From Eukaryota sp. GEM-RC1 (Eukaryota), in the NCBI GenBank assembly GCA_040285855.1, contig JAUFOQ010000017.1, positions 682,001-746,000 on the forward strand: a DNA stretch of 64,000 nt, given 5' to 3'. Position 1 is the stretch's first letter; each line of letters starts with the position of its first letter. Shown piece after piece: positions 1 to 12,567 of the stretch. Below the pieces are notes generated by a model. It saw only the letters and a list, made by a program, of their open reading frames with translations. It was not told the DNA's origin and made no database searches. The position numbers and the translations under genes are program-made.

Positions 1-194
1 GTATTGAGCTCCTTTAGGAAGTTGACGAGTTTGATGAACATTAGCTGTTTCATAAAAAGTGGTAGAGCTGTTATTGTCTCATTATTGACATAGAAACTAA
101 ATTGAACTAAAGAATATTTATTGACAATACAAAAATTAATGTATTGTTTTCGACAACAATACCAATATATTTATTTCTGTCAAAAACAATGACA

Positions 195-257
195 ATAATA
201 TATAATATATAATATATAATATAATATAATATATAATAATATATAATATATTAATAT
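195..257. repeat. (ATAAT)n microsatellite
   Basis: About 10 imperfect tandem ATATA/ATAAT units read directly. Confidence 0.8.
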
Positions 258-758
258 TCATCGAAAACAATAAAGAAATATGTTTATTGGTGGACTAAAG
301 CATTTTTGTTTGTTAATTTAAATAGATTCAGTTTAACTGGTTTAAATTGTTTGTGATGGTCACCAAAACAACTATCAAGTTGTAACTACCATTTCTCAAT
401 CAACTGTTTTTGACCGTTCACAAATCAAATCCCCCGCAATCTCATGTGCACATACTTACATAGTGACATTTTCCGAAAGATTGCTATTTGTTTTACAGTT
501 GATGGAACATCTATACTTCCTACGTGAAGAGGAAATTTTCGAATCGCTGCAGTCGTGATTTTCATTCAAATTGCATATAAATTAAAGAAAATCAAATTAA
601 AAAGGGGTAATTCTCGTCCATGTGGACAATTTAACTTCTTTTGTTTTCTGATCTAGTATGTATTAATATATTGTTGCAAATAAACTCTAATGTTTTTATA
701 TAATTAAAATAATAATGAATTTTTGTATTTTCTTGTTACTTCTCACGATTTGTTCACC

Positions 759-1400
759 CAGGCCCTCTCATAAGATAATTTAAAATAATTTGAACATCAA
801 ACAGTGCCAAAAATAAATGTGAAATAAATATAATTAAAACAAAATAAAACACAAATATAAGCAAAATATTATTATACAAGTCTTAGTTCAAGTCATGGTA
901 AGGGAAACCAATTCAATGGACAGTTTTTGGCTCGTCTAATCATATATGACCCATTACTTAATATGATTGCACCAATATTGTCATTTCATCAAGACCCATG
1001 AAGATCGAGCAGCATTTTAGTTGCTATAAAGTTTCTTTCGTTCACTCCTAAAGAATAGATTGGATTGTATGAGAAAACAGCTTCATCAACATCTACTAAT
1101 CCGTTGTAGGAAATTTTGACAATTTCATTGAATTGAGCACATTCTTCGTTTATATTGATGATTCTGACAGCACCAGTTGGCACGCGTTCATTTTGACTAT
1201 GATCTAAAAGAGAGTTTTGAACTTAGATTGAGTAAAAAGGACCTCAAGTGTATGGATAAACGAAAGAGATTTTATTTATATTTATTATTATTTTGTTTTA
1301 TTTTGTTTTATTTGCACGATCGCCAAAAAGGCTCAAAAATAAATATAAATAGAAATAAATAGAAATAAATAGAATTTATATTTATTTATGAGGAGCCCTG
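759..1400. mobile_element. Non-autonomous hAT-like element (family A, copy 1)
   Basis: Imperfect TIRs CAGGCCCTCTCATAA / TTATGAGGAGCCCTG; perfect 8-bp TSD TGTTCACC (751-758, 1401-1408); same ends recur at 46578-47244. Confidence 0.85.
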
Positions 1401-3262
1401 TGTTCACCACTCCTAATGTTATCTATTTCAGGTATCACTGATGATGATCACCATCAACTATGCAAAGTTTGACGCCTTCTACTACTTGTTTAAGGGTGGG
1501 CACAACTTTCTGTCCACAGAAATGGACGTCTTCTATTCGTCAACAGACAACAATACCGTGCCCAATTTGTTCTATCTCTTCACTACTAAATTTAGAGAAC
1601 AATTAGCAAGGGTTATTAGCAAGGTTATGGAAAAGCATCATCCTAGAACATCTTTCAATCTTTATGACCAAGTGGTTGCTTCAATTCCAGAATCCTTGAG
1701 AGAATGGTGTGTACAGGGGGTATGAAGCGGTCAAAGGACTGTATTTTGAAGCATCAGGTGACTATTATTACAGTGGAGTCTATTTCATAAACTTTTACGA
1801 TAACAACCAAACTGATGAAGCGGTTGCTGCCTGACAGATTACTCAAGAGATCGCTTTTTTTAGTAACTCAATACTGATTAAGATTACAGCGCTTTAAGGA
1901 GAATATCTTGAAACCAGTAAGCTATCGTAAATTAAAAATTTCAAAAATACACAACTGGCTTTATCATTCTCTCAGATCAATTAATGCAAAGAAAAGGAAC
2001 TTGCCAAGTTTTTTGACGTACCAGCTCGGGCAGTGATGAACAGGCAATTTCGGTACCTTCGAGACGTTGCTGTTCACTCAACTTTACTGGCCCGAGTGTT
2101 TGTGCTCCAGCACCTCCACTTAGCACGCTGGTTGACTGACCAGCAATTCTCCAAAAACCGCCCCTTTGAGAACGACAATGGAGTGTACACTGCATCTGTC
2201 GTCGAGTCTTCCGCCAATATCCATTTGGCCGTTCCTCCCTCTTGGCCGACACAAACCGACACGCTGGTGTCACTCACAACTCTTGAGTGTTAGGTCACGA
2301 CAGTTGTCTGAAGCTTTTCAACAACTGATGGCCGACAGCCCAGTCAGTTGGAAGCTGAACTTCTTTCGGATCGCTGCAGTAAACCTCGAATTCCCGACCC
2401 CTAAGGGATACGCATCTGCTGTCGTACGTGGTGATCAGCCTGAAGCATCACTACAACATTAATAAAATGCTCTTCACCCACACATTCTGGCCACATTCAA
2501 TCACTTAGTAGGTGATACCCTTCTGTTCAATAATCTATTGCCAGAACGGTCTGTTGAACTGTAGATGAACATGTGTATGTACATCTGTTTCTTTTCATTT
2601 TCTCAACGTATTCGAAAGAATTGTTTAAAGAATTGATTAAATACAGAACACGTATTAGAATCATTGAAACTCTAGGAAATTTCTTCCAAAAGCAGTTAAA
2701 AAATGACAAACATACCACTTCGTAGTGATACAAATAAGAGAATTTTTAAAAGGACAGTTTGAGACTAGTCCTGACGTGTGGGATCACGTGAGGTCAAAAG
2801 AATTAAAAGTCTGATATTCACTTAAAGTAACGGTAGAGGAGATCCTGAATACAGTTTGATTATGATGACGTGATAGAGGAAGGTCTCTGAAAGACTTGAA
2901 TTTGAAGGAAAGAAGTGATTGCGTGAGCGATAACTTTCAACAATTGAAGTGGTTGTATTTTGGTGAAAGTCACACAACATCAAGTGGATAGTGTTTAGGA
3001 GAGCGGAACCATGTCTCGAACTAGCTTAACTGGAATCCTGTTCAAGAAAAAGGAACATTCAGAACATTGATGGGGACACGTCCATACATTAAGTGACATC
3101 ATAACACAAACAGTGAAAAAAGAAAGTGAAACTGATGTCCCATAACAAAATACACGTACTGTAGAGTACTGTACATATGCTACTGTAGTAGGTTTCAACA
3201 AGCAAACGGAGGATTTCTTTTTTCTTTTTTCTTTTTCTTTTTCTTATGTCTGTTAGGGCTGT

Positions 3263-4168
3263 ATGAATGAGCTGTCAGTGTCTTCTCGTGCTCTTACATC
3301 TGTATCAATCTCATCTGATTCTTGTTATGCAGTTTTTTCTGGTTTAGATGCTGCTGTTCAAATCTACAATATCCAATCATCTCAATCTTTAACCAAGTTT
3401 CTTCATCCCACCTCTGTCTCCTCCCTAGATCTCTCCATGGATGACTCCCGAATCTGCTCTTCATCTGCACGTTTTCTTCATTTCTGGGATACCAGTTCTG
3501 GACAAGAGATACGTCGCATAGAGGCCTCGTCATCATCACGTATAGTGTCATCACGTTTCTTCCAGTCTAAATCTTTGGTCTTAACTGCTTCTGTAGATGG
3601 ATCGTTGTGTTTATTTGACCTACGAAAACCAAGATCTAAACCAGTCCAATACTTTTCTTTTCCTAATTCTCTTACTGGTCTTTCTTGCTATGAATTTGGT
3701 AAGCCAATCGCATTGAGCTCTACTTCTAATGGGACGGCTCACGTCATTGATTTTACTGCCGCCAAGACTTTGAATGATAATCTCTGTTCAAGTGCTATTT
3801 CTGGATGTGTTTTGAGTCCTGATGTTATGTATTATTCTGTGATTACTACGGAAGTGGAAGGTCAATCATATTTGATTGTGATGGATTCGATTGATGGTAG
3901 TTGTTTGGTTCGGGAACGGGTTTCACCTAGATCCACTAGAACACCAATCATTACCTCAAATTTTGGTGATTTTGTTCTTTATCAATCAGATCAAACAATC
4001 AAAGTGATTGATATGAATGCTGATGACGTGTCGTATGCTTTTGATTGCAAAGATGATGTTACTTGTTTGTCTTTACAACGCCAATCATTGAGTAATTGTG
4101 GATCTTTTTCCGACCTGAAGTTTTTAGCTGGAACAAAAATGGGAAAATTAAATATTTTCAAAACTTGA
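3263..4168 (+). CDS. WD40-repeat protein (WDR83/MORG1-like)
   Basis: 301-aa ORF with WD40 repeats (FSGLDAAVQIYN, LHFWDTSSGQEIRR, LTASVDGSLCLFDLR). Confidence 0.7.
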   Translation: MNELSVSSRALTSVSISSDSCYAVFSGLDAAVQIYNIQSSQSLTKFLHPTSVSSLDLSMDDSRICSSSARFLHFWDTSSGQEIRRIEASSSSRIVSSRFFQSKSLVLTASVDGSLCLFDLRKPRSKPVQYFSFPNSLTGLSCYEFGKPIALSSTSNGTAHVIDFTAAKTLNDNLCSSAISGCVLSPDVMYYSVITTEVEGQSYLIVMDSIDGSCLVRERVSPRSTRTPIITSNFGDFVLYQSDQTIKVIDMNADDVSYAFDCKDDVTCLSLQRQSLSNCGSFSDLKFLAGTKMGKLNIFKT

Positions 4169-5185
4169 ATTTTTGACACGGCAAATGTTTCGTTTCGTTT
4201 TTCACTGTCTGTTTCTGGTAGAGGTATTTGGATGACCTCCTTCTTGTTCAACAATAATCAGCTGAAAGAACTTAGCTCAAATTGCTGACGTGTTGGAAGT
4301 TGCTGTTATTTAATCCGAGATATTGTACTTAGTTGAGTTTTCTCAAAAAGTCATTTTTGTTGAATCAATCTTTCAGTTATTATTATTTTTAAGTTCAATT
4401 TTTGATCACTGAAATGAACTAAGAATATCTTAACTTTGGCTTCTTTAATTATTCGTTTTTTAGGTTCTGCTTACTTCGTTAATCAGTTTCTTGATCTCCT
4501 AAAGAGTCAAACTTCCAAGTTGGTCTATTCAGTAACTGTCAATCACAGTCATGTGTTCTACTTTTATGACTCACTGGATCTGGATGATGCTCACATTTCT
4601 AAGTGCACAAAGCTTTACATTTCCAGGAAAATTCTTGTTGGTTAGCTTATTTGATGATTCTGCTGTCTATCTCTCCACACTTCTTTTGTTAGACGTCACC
4701 AAGTTTCACCTTTTGTTCCTGTCACTAGTAAATTAGTTTGGGAATAGGATCCAGTAGTAAGTGTGTTCACAGACGAAGAGTTTGCTGTGGGAGGGGTGTA
4801 ATGATCTACGACTGGTTAGTGTCATCTTGACATCTTTAAAAGATGTCACACCATCTTTGGTGTGTATGTGTGTATGGTTTAGCTACTGAATCAAAGTGCA
4901 AGGGTTCAATTCAACGGGTTGTTAGAGAGAGCAGACAAAAGCAGAAAGCCATGGATCGGGTCCAATGCCAAACAGTTGTATGAGTTTTTGGTATTCCATT
5001 TTGTAGAACTGTTGTGTATCATAACTATCCATAATTTCTATCAGCTTTTACTGAGTTTCCATCAATATTTATCAGTTGAAAGTGTTTTCAAAACAAACCA
5101 ATTGTATTTATCTTAATTTGTATTTTGATTTATTTGCAGGATCGCCAATAAGTGTCAAAAATAAATACAAATAAGAATTAATATA

Positions 5186-6353
5186 CTGTCAGGCACCAAT
5201 TAGTGACCCACCTCCTAATAGTGCCCCCCTCCTAATAGTGACCCACTTTAGGGGTGGGGCTATAATTTAGTGCCCCAGTGTTGATCAAGATCACACAAAT
5301 GGGTGATAAAAACAGTCTTATGTCAATAAAAAGAATATACGATTAGATTCAGATTTAATAGTGGTATTTGGAACTGTGATGAAACTGCCATATTTTGTGA
5401 ACCAAATGAATCAAGAACAATTGATTTTATTGACCAAAAGATTGTTGTTGTTAAGTCTGCAGGTCTCGCAAAGGTACGTTTGACCGGAATCGTTATGGCT
5501 AACGCTCTAGGAGTGAAAAAAACTCCTGCCATTATAGCACAAAGATCAGGAAACAGAACCAATAGAGAAGAAGGCTGCTTTATCTTGAAAAGAGAATCAT
5601 CTTTGATGAATGGAGAATTATTCATCAAATATCTGCAGTTAATGTTTCCATTGACCAGTAAGGCTGCTGCCAACAGAATGCTATTGGTATTTGATTCAGC
5701 TCCTGCCCATCGAAGTAAGAAGGTCAAGGCTTATCTCAAGGAAAGGGGGTTCAACTATGTTTTGATTCTCGGTGGTTTAACTGGATTATTACAGCCAGCA
5801 GACGTCAGTTGGTTCAAACCTATGAAAGCAACTATCAGGAATTGTATTGAAGAATGGTTGGAGACTGCACCTGTAACGACCTCCAATCGAGTTAGAGCAC
5901 CTTTGGCTAACGATATGGCAAAATGGATGAAAGAGTCGTTGGACAAGTTAAAGAGTGAAGTAATATCAAAATATTTTCAAGTGTCTTTTCTAGGGCCTTC
6001 GCAGACCTTATTGATTTCTCGCCATCCATCAATCCGTCCTCACTTAGATATCAATTGTTTCGATGCATTATTACCATATTCATCAAGTGATGAGGAGGAA
6101 GTAATCGATTTGGATTCATCGTCTGATGATGACATCGATGACCTTCTTCAACTCAACAATTCATTGAATTTGGGGATGGATAATGATGTTGTTGCAGTCT
6201 TTGACTAGAGTTATATTGAAATATAAAGTTGTTTTATGGGTCATTTATGAACAAAGACAAAAGGATCCTAATAGTGACCCCCTCCTAATAGTGACCCAGT
6301 TTGGGGGTGGGGCTATAATTTAGTGACCCGGGGTACTATTTGGCGCCTGACAG
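5186..6353 (+). mobile_element. pogo/Tigger-like (Tc1/mariner superfamily) DNA transposon, N-terminally deleted
   Basis: TA flanks; TIRs CTGTCAGGCACCAATTAGT / ACTATTTGGCGCCTGACAG; DDE_1-type motifs WNCDET, LLVFDSAPAH, LLQPADVSWFKPMK; no DNA-binding HTH region visible. Confidence 0.85.
5480..6208 (+). pseudogene. Truncated DDE_1 transposase
   Basis: Catalytic-domain motifs present; reading frame continues upstream to GIWNCDET without an ATG. Confidence 0.75.
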
Positions 6354-6566
6354 TATTTGAGGAGCCCTACCATATCCCATCCTGGATAGCATCTTTAGCT
6401 TTCCAATGCTACAAAATGCTTATTCTACAAATTGCTTTCTATGCTTACATGTTAAAATGCAGTTAGAGGTGTGACGCGTTTCAATTCTATATGACATCAC
6501 TGAAAAATGAAATTTCTTGATGAATCTTTCTATATCCACTATTAATAGCACTTCTATAACAGAGAG

Positions 6567-7313
6567 ATGACCAAGAAACTCTCAAAGTCTCAACAAGTTC
6601 TTCTGTCTCGATTAGTCAAGGAGAGTTCAGCAGTAGGACCCGAGGAAGCACTCACTTTACTTTCTAAGGCACTAGTCATCTCAGAAACTTCTCTCTGTGC
6701 ACTAACAAAACGATCTCAAGTCTTTCTCTTACTTGGACTTGATGATTCAGCTATTGAAGATGCCCAACTGGCTCTAAATTCACATCCCTGTTCCGCAATG
6801 GCTCATCTTAACCTTGCCCAGGTCTACCTATCTCTATCACAGTTCGAGAATGCTCTTTCTGTCCTCCAGGACTTCCCCTCCTTACCTACGTCATCCACAT
6901 ACCAGGAACGATACTCCCAACTCATGTCCTCAATCCCAGATCACGTCCACGATCGTCCTCCCTCTAGTCTTTCTCCCTGGCAACCCAACGAAACCTCCTC
7001 TTCAGTCCACACTCCCACCATTGATCACATCTCTCCCACACCACGAGGTCTCTCTTCCTCTCGTAAACTCCGCACGCCTAAGCTGCCCAATCCACCAGCG
7101 TTAGACACAGTTTGCTTTGATAGTACACCGAGTCGTACCTTACTCAAATCATTGCAATCAAAAGCTTGTGTTGATCCCAATCAGAAATTGGGGGTCGGAA
7201 AGTACAGTGTTTTTCAAGAGAATTTGTACACGAAACTTCAAGGGCATTTGGAAGACATTCGTAAGGGGCAAGAGGAATTGTTATGTTGGGAGAACCGTGT
7301 TTTAAGAAGATGA
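6567..7313 (+). CDS. TPR-repeat protein with Ser/Pro-rich linker
   Basis: 248-aa ORF; TPR-like helices (ALTKRSQVFLLLG..AIEDAQLAL, AHLNLAQVYLSLSQFENAL). Confidence 0.65.
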   Translation: MTKKLSKSQQVLLSRLVKESSAVGPEEALTLLSKALVISETSLCALTKRSQVFLLLGLDDSAIEDAQLALNSHPCSAMAHLNLAQVYLSLSQFENALSVLQDFPSLPTSSTYQERYSQLMSSIPDHVHDRPPSSLSPWQPNETSSSVHTPTIDHISPTPRGLSSSRKLRTPKLPNPPALDTVCFDSTPSRTLLKSLQSKACVDPNQKLGVGKYSVFQENLYTKLQGHLEDIRKGQEELLCWENRVLRR

Positions 7314-8377
7314 TTGACGTGTTTTTCAATACGTAAAAGTTTTCAAAATGGATTAAGATCGAATTAGTTTCCCTTTTTCTACTGTTTTTCTTGCTCTTGT
7401 ATTAATATGGGTAAATATTTTCTCCGACTTGTAATTGATTTTATGAATTCATTAGTGAACCCTTGCTGTAAGCTAGAATTTAATTTTGGTTTGTCCACTT
7501 TTTATCGTGTTCTTCCCAAATCATATGTTACTTACACTACAGGAACTTCTGTTGACATAAACTTTGTATTCTTCTGTTTCTTCATTACATAGTATTAGTA
7601 TCGTCTTCTGGATGAGATGTTTCATAGCTGATTTGTTCTGGGGACTAGGTTTGATGTAATCCACCACGTCAGCATTGTGGTTGGAGATCAGAAAGAAGAA
7701 TTTGACTTGGTATTTACTACTACATGTAGTACAGATCCTGTGGTAGTTTTTCTGAGGTCCCCACTGTTTTGAATTTTAATAACCAACATTATCCGAGTAG
7801 TTGTGTCTCTTTTCTCTAGCCTGGAGATAGTACGTACCAAAATGAGCACTGTATTCAGAGTAGACTGTACAATTATGCATGTCATGAACTACCATTTATC
7901 AAAGTAAAAATAGCAGTGACATTACACAAAATAGAAAACGGTTTAGAACCAAAGTTACTGGACTGGCAGATTGTTGTTTTCCTTTACAAGGCTATTCGTC
8001 GGAAGTTTTATTTTCTTTAGGCGAGCATTAAGGAGAGACTTATTACATTAATACATATTTTTCTTAGAAAAACATTATTGAAAGAAAATGACAGCCTTCT
8101 TTACTGTAAGATAAAGAGATTTTGAGAAACCATGTATTAGTGTTTTTTTAAAATTGTTTGGAATATTTTTATACATGAATGACCTGAAAGAAAAGCCATC
8201 ATTTATTGTTTCCAAGAAAACAATGTCAAACAGAATTATGCAGTCAAATTAAATAATTAAAAGCCATCACAAAGTTGGTGATTGAACAATCACCACCAAC
8301 TACCCGACTAATGAGCTCAACAGTAAACTAGTCGAAACTCAAGTTCACAAAAACCATAACGAAAAGAATAAATAAAT

Positions 8378-9659
8378 CTAAACTAAAAAACCAACATGCT
8401 GAAGAGTAGAAATAGCCCATGAAGGACTCTCTTCAACACTCCCATATTGTAAAACAAGAAACTCCTTACAAAAGACATCAAAATTCCCACAATAAATAGC
8501 TCGTCGCATACACTTCATTAACCGAAGTTGAAACGCAACATTATGAATAGACAATAGTGTGGCAATCGTATCATCTCTTCCAGCTAACGAATGCAAGGCT
8601 GCTCTGGTATACTTTTCACACACGGAACAAGGACAATTAGAATCAAGTGGAGTATAATCATTCTTAAACTTTGCCTTTTTGACTTGTATTTGACCAGAAG
8701 GGACTAATGCACATCCGAATCGAGCAGTTCGAGTAGGAAAAACACAATCAAATTGATCGACCCCCATGGCAACTCCAAGAACCAAATCAATCGCGTAACC
8801 GACCCCCATCAAATAACGTGGTTGATTGACTGGCAACTTCTCCGTGCAAAACATGGTTATCCTACAATAGTCAGCCTTACTCTCTCCTCCTGCAAGTCCT
8901 CCAATAGCATAACCAGGGAGATTCCTAGCTGTCGTCAGTGCAATAGACTCCTCCCTTAATTGCTCATTCAAACCACCTTGAACTATACCATAGAGATTCT
9001 GTCTATCCTCGCGTCCACTCTCTTTATGTACAACTAGTGCTCGATCCAACCACCTCACACTCCGTTCCATTCCCTCTCTCATTCTATCCATGTCAGTACA
9101 CAGAGTATGCACCACGTCATCCAGCATCATCATTATGTCAGATCCAATGGCGTGTTGGGTCTCGATACTCTTCTCAGGAGTAAGCAGGGTAATAGAGTTG
9201 TCGACAGGGGGAGTAGAAGGTGACGCCATCCTCTGTTAGTTTAGATAGTTCTAATAGAGACACCATTTGGAAACCTCCAGAGTCGGTGAGGATGTTTCTG
9301 TTCCATCCCATGAGCGTATGAAGTCCTCCTTGTTTCTTTAAAGTGTCTGCACCAGGACGAAGTGACATGAAGTAGGTGTTGGCAAGTAGGAGATGACAGT
9401 CTAGTTGTTCAATTTCCAGAGAAGATATGCCTTTGAGAGTGCCTTGAGTTCCGACTGGCATGAAGATGGGACAAGGTACTGAGTCGTGTGGAAGCTTAAG
9501 AGTGGAGCATCGGGCTCGTCCTTGTGTCTTATGAATGGTAAATGAAAGAGCGGGAGAGGTAAATGTATGTTCTGCAGAAGGGTCATCAATAGTGAACGGT
9601 GGTAGAGGTCCAGTAGGTTTCCAATTGCCCCAGCCTCCGTATATATCAATGTTCATCAA
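8378..9659 (-). CDS. QTRT1: Queuine tRNA-ribosyltransferase catalytic subunit (one +1 frameshift)
   Basis: PIFMPVGTQG, ILTDSGGFQMVSL, GIVQGG, PRYLMGVG, DCVFPTR, Zn motif CPCSVC..HN. The two ORFs join as TFYSP|VDNSITLLTPE if one G of the G5 run at 9207-9211 is removed. Confidence 0.93.
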
Positions 9660-9723
9660 GAAAGAAAGGTTCAGAGAAAGACTTTTGAGAAGAGAATCAC
9701 ATACTCATACTCACACCTCTACA

Positions 9724-10074
9724 ATGAGCAAACCAAACACCCCCAACTCTTCCTCTACGGCTCATAGAGACCGTCTACTTGAAGCTCAATCTTCTCTTGA
9801 CCATACTGATTCTAAATTGAAACAGGGTAGAGTTCTTGCAGAAGAATCTCTTACTATGGGTACTGAAGCCCTTAACAGCCTTAGAGGACAACGTGAAACC
9901 ATGGAACGATCCCGTGGTCGCCTTGACACCACAAATACGAACATATCTAGGGGTCGTATGTTTGTGAGGTCTATGAATCGTCGAGTCATTACTAATAAGA
10001 TCATTCTGTCTTCAATTATCGCCTTACTTTTATTCCTAATAGGGTTTTTAGTCTTCAATCGCTTTATTCGCTAA
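9724..10074 (+). CDS. Qb-SNARE (VTI1/membrin-like), SNARE motif plus C-terminal TM
   Basis: RLLEAQSSLDHTDSKLKQGRVLAEESLTMGTEALNSLRGQRETMER..RSMNRRVITNK followed by hydrophobic tail; ATG 9724 chosen because upstream starts overlap QTRT1. Confidence 0.8.
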   Translation: MSKPNTPNSSSTAHRDRLLEAQSSLDHTDSKLKQGRVLAEESLTMGTEALNSLRGQRETMERSRGRLDTTNTNISRGRMFVRSMNRRVITNKIILSSIIALLLFLIGFLVFNRFIR

Positions 10075-10477
10075 TTCCTGTAAAAATCTGTTCTTTTGTA
10101 TTTTTTAACCAGTAGAATTAAAAGAGTATTTGTAGCAATACTTCGGTGTTTTCGAGTTCAGTATTACTAGTAAGTGCTATTGAACACTTGATATTTTGTG
10201 CAGACTATTTTTATAGCTGTGAATTTTAATGTAACAAAGTGTCCTATTTTTTTGGACATTGTGAACACTTTACAGTGAGAAATCTTATAGTGTTCTTCAG
10301 AATGGAAGTTAACGCTCAAATGACGAATATCTGAACTATGATACATAATGAGGAGTGGCAGAAGAACAGTAGCAAATCCAGCAATGATAAGTTCTTCTGG
10401 TCAACAAAAATTTGATTGGACAGTCTTCTCTTCCAGTGAATCTGTACCTTCTCTAACACGATTCACAGAATTCTTCC

Positions 10478-11167
10478 ATGCTTCATAGGCACAATCCCGC
10501 TTTAGATTCTTTTTATTGGGAATCGGATGCCTCTGATTCTTGCTCGGACGAATCATGGATTCAATGGTTCTGTTCCCAACGAGGTAATGAATTCTTTTGC
10601 GAAGTAGATCCTGCATACATAGATGACCCTTTTAACCTTACTGGCCTATCGTCTTATATACCGCATTATTCTCGTGCTCTCGACATAATTCTCGATTGCT
10701 CAACACAATCACTAGATGGATTTGATGAGGATGTTGCTGCTGAGATCGACGAAGCTGCGCGATTGTTGTATGGTTTTATCCATGCTCGCTATATTCTTAC
10801 AAATGCTGGTTTAGCCGCCATGAAGCAGAAGTACGAACAAGGAGAGTTCGGAACATGTCCTTGTCATTTTTGTGAAAACCAGCCTCTCCTTCCCGTTGGA
10901 CTTCACGACAGTGTGGGTAAGGACTATGTCAAGCTATACTGTCCGTCATGTCGAGACATATATAAACCAAGACACAATAGATACAGACAAATAGACGGTG
11001 CGTTCTTTGGTACCTCCTTTGCGCATCTTTTCGTTCTACAATATCCACACTTCCAACCTCCCCATGAGATAGCAGACTATGTCCCTAAACTCTTTGGGTT
11101 TCGTGTCCGCAACCCTGTACCCCCAAAGTTTTCTGATATAGGGGGTTCTTCTTCCCCACATCCCTAG
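10478..11167 (+). CDS. CSNK2B: Casein kinase II regulatory beta subunit
   Basis: SWIQWFC..GNEFFCEVD, FNLTGL, LYGFIHARYILT, CxxxxC..CPSC zinc finger, DGAFFGTSFAH. Confidence 0.96.
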   Translation: MLHRHNPALDSFYWESDASDSCSDESWIQWFCSQRGNEFFCEVDPAYIDDPFNLTGLSSYIPHYSRALDIILDCSTQSLDGFDEDVAAEIDEAARLLYGFIHARYILTNAGLAAMKQKYEQGEFGTCPCHFCENQPLLPVGLHDSVGKDYVKLYCPSCRDIYKPRHNRYRQIDGAFFGTSFAHLFVLQYPHFQPPHEIADYVPKLFGFRVRNPVPPKFSDIGGSSSPHP

Positions 11168-11278
11168 TCTAGTCGTGTTTTTATATTATAAATGTAGCAA
11201 CAAAGTTATTTGCTTTAGACATTTGCATCTGTTATACTTCTGAAATAGTGATGTTTACCATGGTCATTTACAACTGTT

Positions 11279-12501
11279 TTATTGGGTCATTGCAGTTCCA
11301 ACAATTATCAACTCCTCTGGTAAAACTTCTGTACTGGTACCCATATCAGCTGCTGTCTCAACACTCTTCATCCACTTATCTAAATGACGTGCTAGAGTTT
11401 CTATCTGAGTAAAACCAAGAGATCTAGGTTGTACAGATCTAATAGAAACCCTCTTATCAATTGCATCTACATCACCAGTCACTAAACCTAAAGACATCAC
11501 TTTGATGAGAAGATGAAAAACCTCGTTCAAATCAATTCCGCAACGAGTAGAAATCTCAGTAAAAGATATGGATCTGTCACTCACTGGTTTGGAGAATGCA
11601 ATTTCCATAATACCCAGAATCTTGACCTTTAATGTCAATACATCTTTACTTTCATCAAGGCGGGGGTCGCTAATTAAGATCTTCTCCTTAACCAATGCGT
11701 TGAACCCATTCACGTCACCCGTGGTGAACACTCCTAGCAGTTTTCGAACATATTCACATGATAAATGCTCCATGATAGGGTTGGTAACGATATCAGAGAA
11801 GTTATAGACATCAGGCGAGCAAAGGGCAGCTATACACAAATCTTGAGCTAGAATGGAGACATCTCCATAATCACGGGTTGGAGAATCAGTGTAAGCAAGA
11901 TAATCGAGGATGTGCCGGACAAAAGAACTATAGTCAGTGGTCCTACATAGTTCAGCCTGTACTTGATGGAATTTGGCCAGTACTTTGTTGTTTTCGGGGA
12001 AAGCAGCGATATTTTGTTTGTCAATAATATCAGCAGCCATGTTCAGTAACTCTTTCGGTGTTTTGTTTATAAAGTCATCAGTTGAAGTATCAGACTCCAT
12101 TGGGGCTTGAATTAGTTGAAAACAGGGAACAAACTGCCTTGTAGAGATCGGAGAATTTGAATGTGTGCTAAGTGGAGAAGAATGAGAGTGTATGGCACAG
12201 GAGAAGCTTTGAGTGTTTGTGTATAGGGCTTAAGGAAGTTGAAAGCTTCTGTGTAGTCAGAGGCTCGTTTTGTGATGGTAATGAGCATCTGGGAGAGTTT
12301 TAAGGGAGATAGATTAGATTCGTTAGGAAGAATAGCACTACGGTATAGAACCAAGCAGTTGTTAAACTCTGACATAATCGGTTGAGATAGGATTTGATCC
12401 AGCAAGACCGTGAGCTGGTACCAAAGTTTTTTCTGTTGTAGGTCCTTGATTTGGGCCCATAGAGCTTGACGATCGGGGAAAAGTTGTTGAAGTTGATCCA
12501 T
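11279..12501 (-). CDS. RPN9: 26S proteasome lid subunit RPN9/PSMD13, two exons
   Basis: KKLWYQLT N-terminal motif; PCI domain LLIKVMSLGLVTGDVDAID..VQPRSL; frames join through a 29-nt GT-AG intron. Confidence 0.9.
12106..12134 (-). other. 29-nt spliceosomal intron in RPN9
   Basis: GTTTGTTCCCTGTTTTCAACTAATTCAAG; contains the in-frame stop and a CTAAT branch-like motif; removal restores frame (LQGT-PMESD). Confidence 0.8.
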
Positions 12502-12567
12502 TGTTGTGAAATTGATGTTCAGTATTTGTCAGTTCCCAAAACCAGTGAAGAATGTTCTCCGTTTGAC

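Noticed and set aside
1441..2462. Fragmented plus-strand ORFs
   Set aside because: Possibly a pseudogene, but no family is recognisable.
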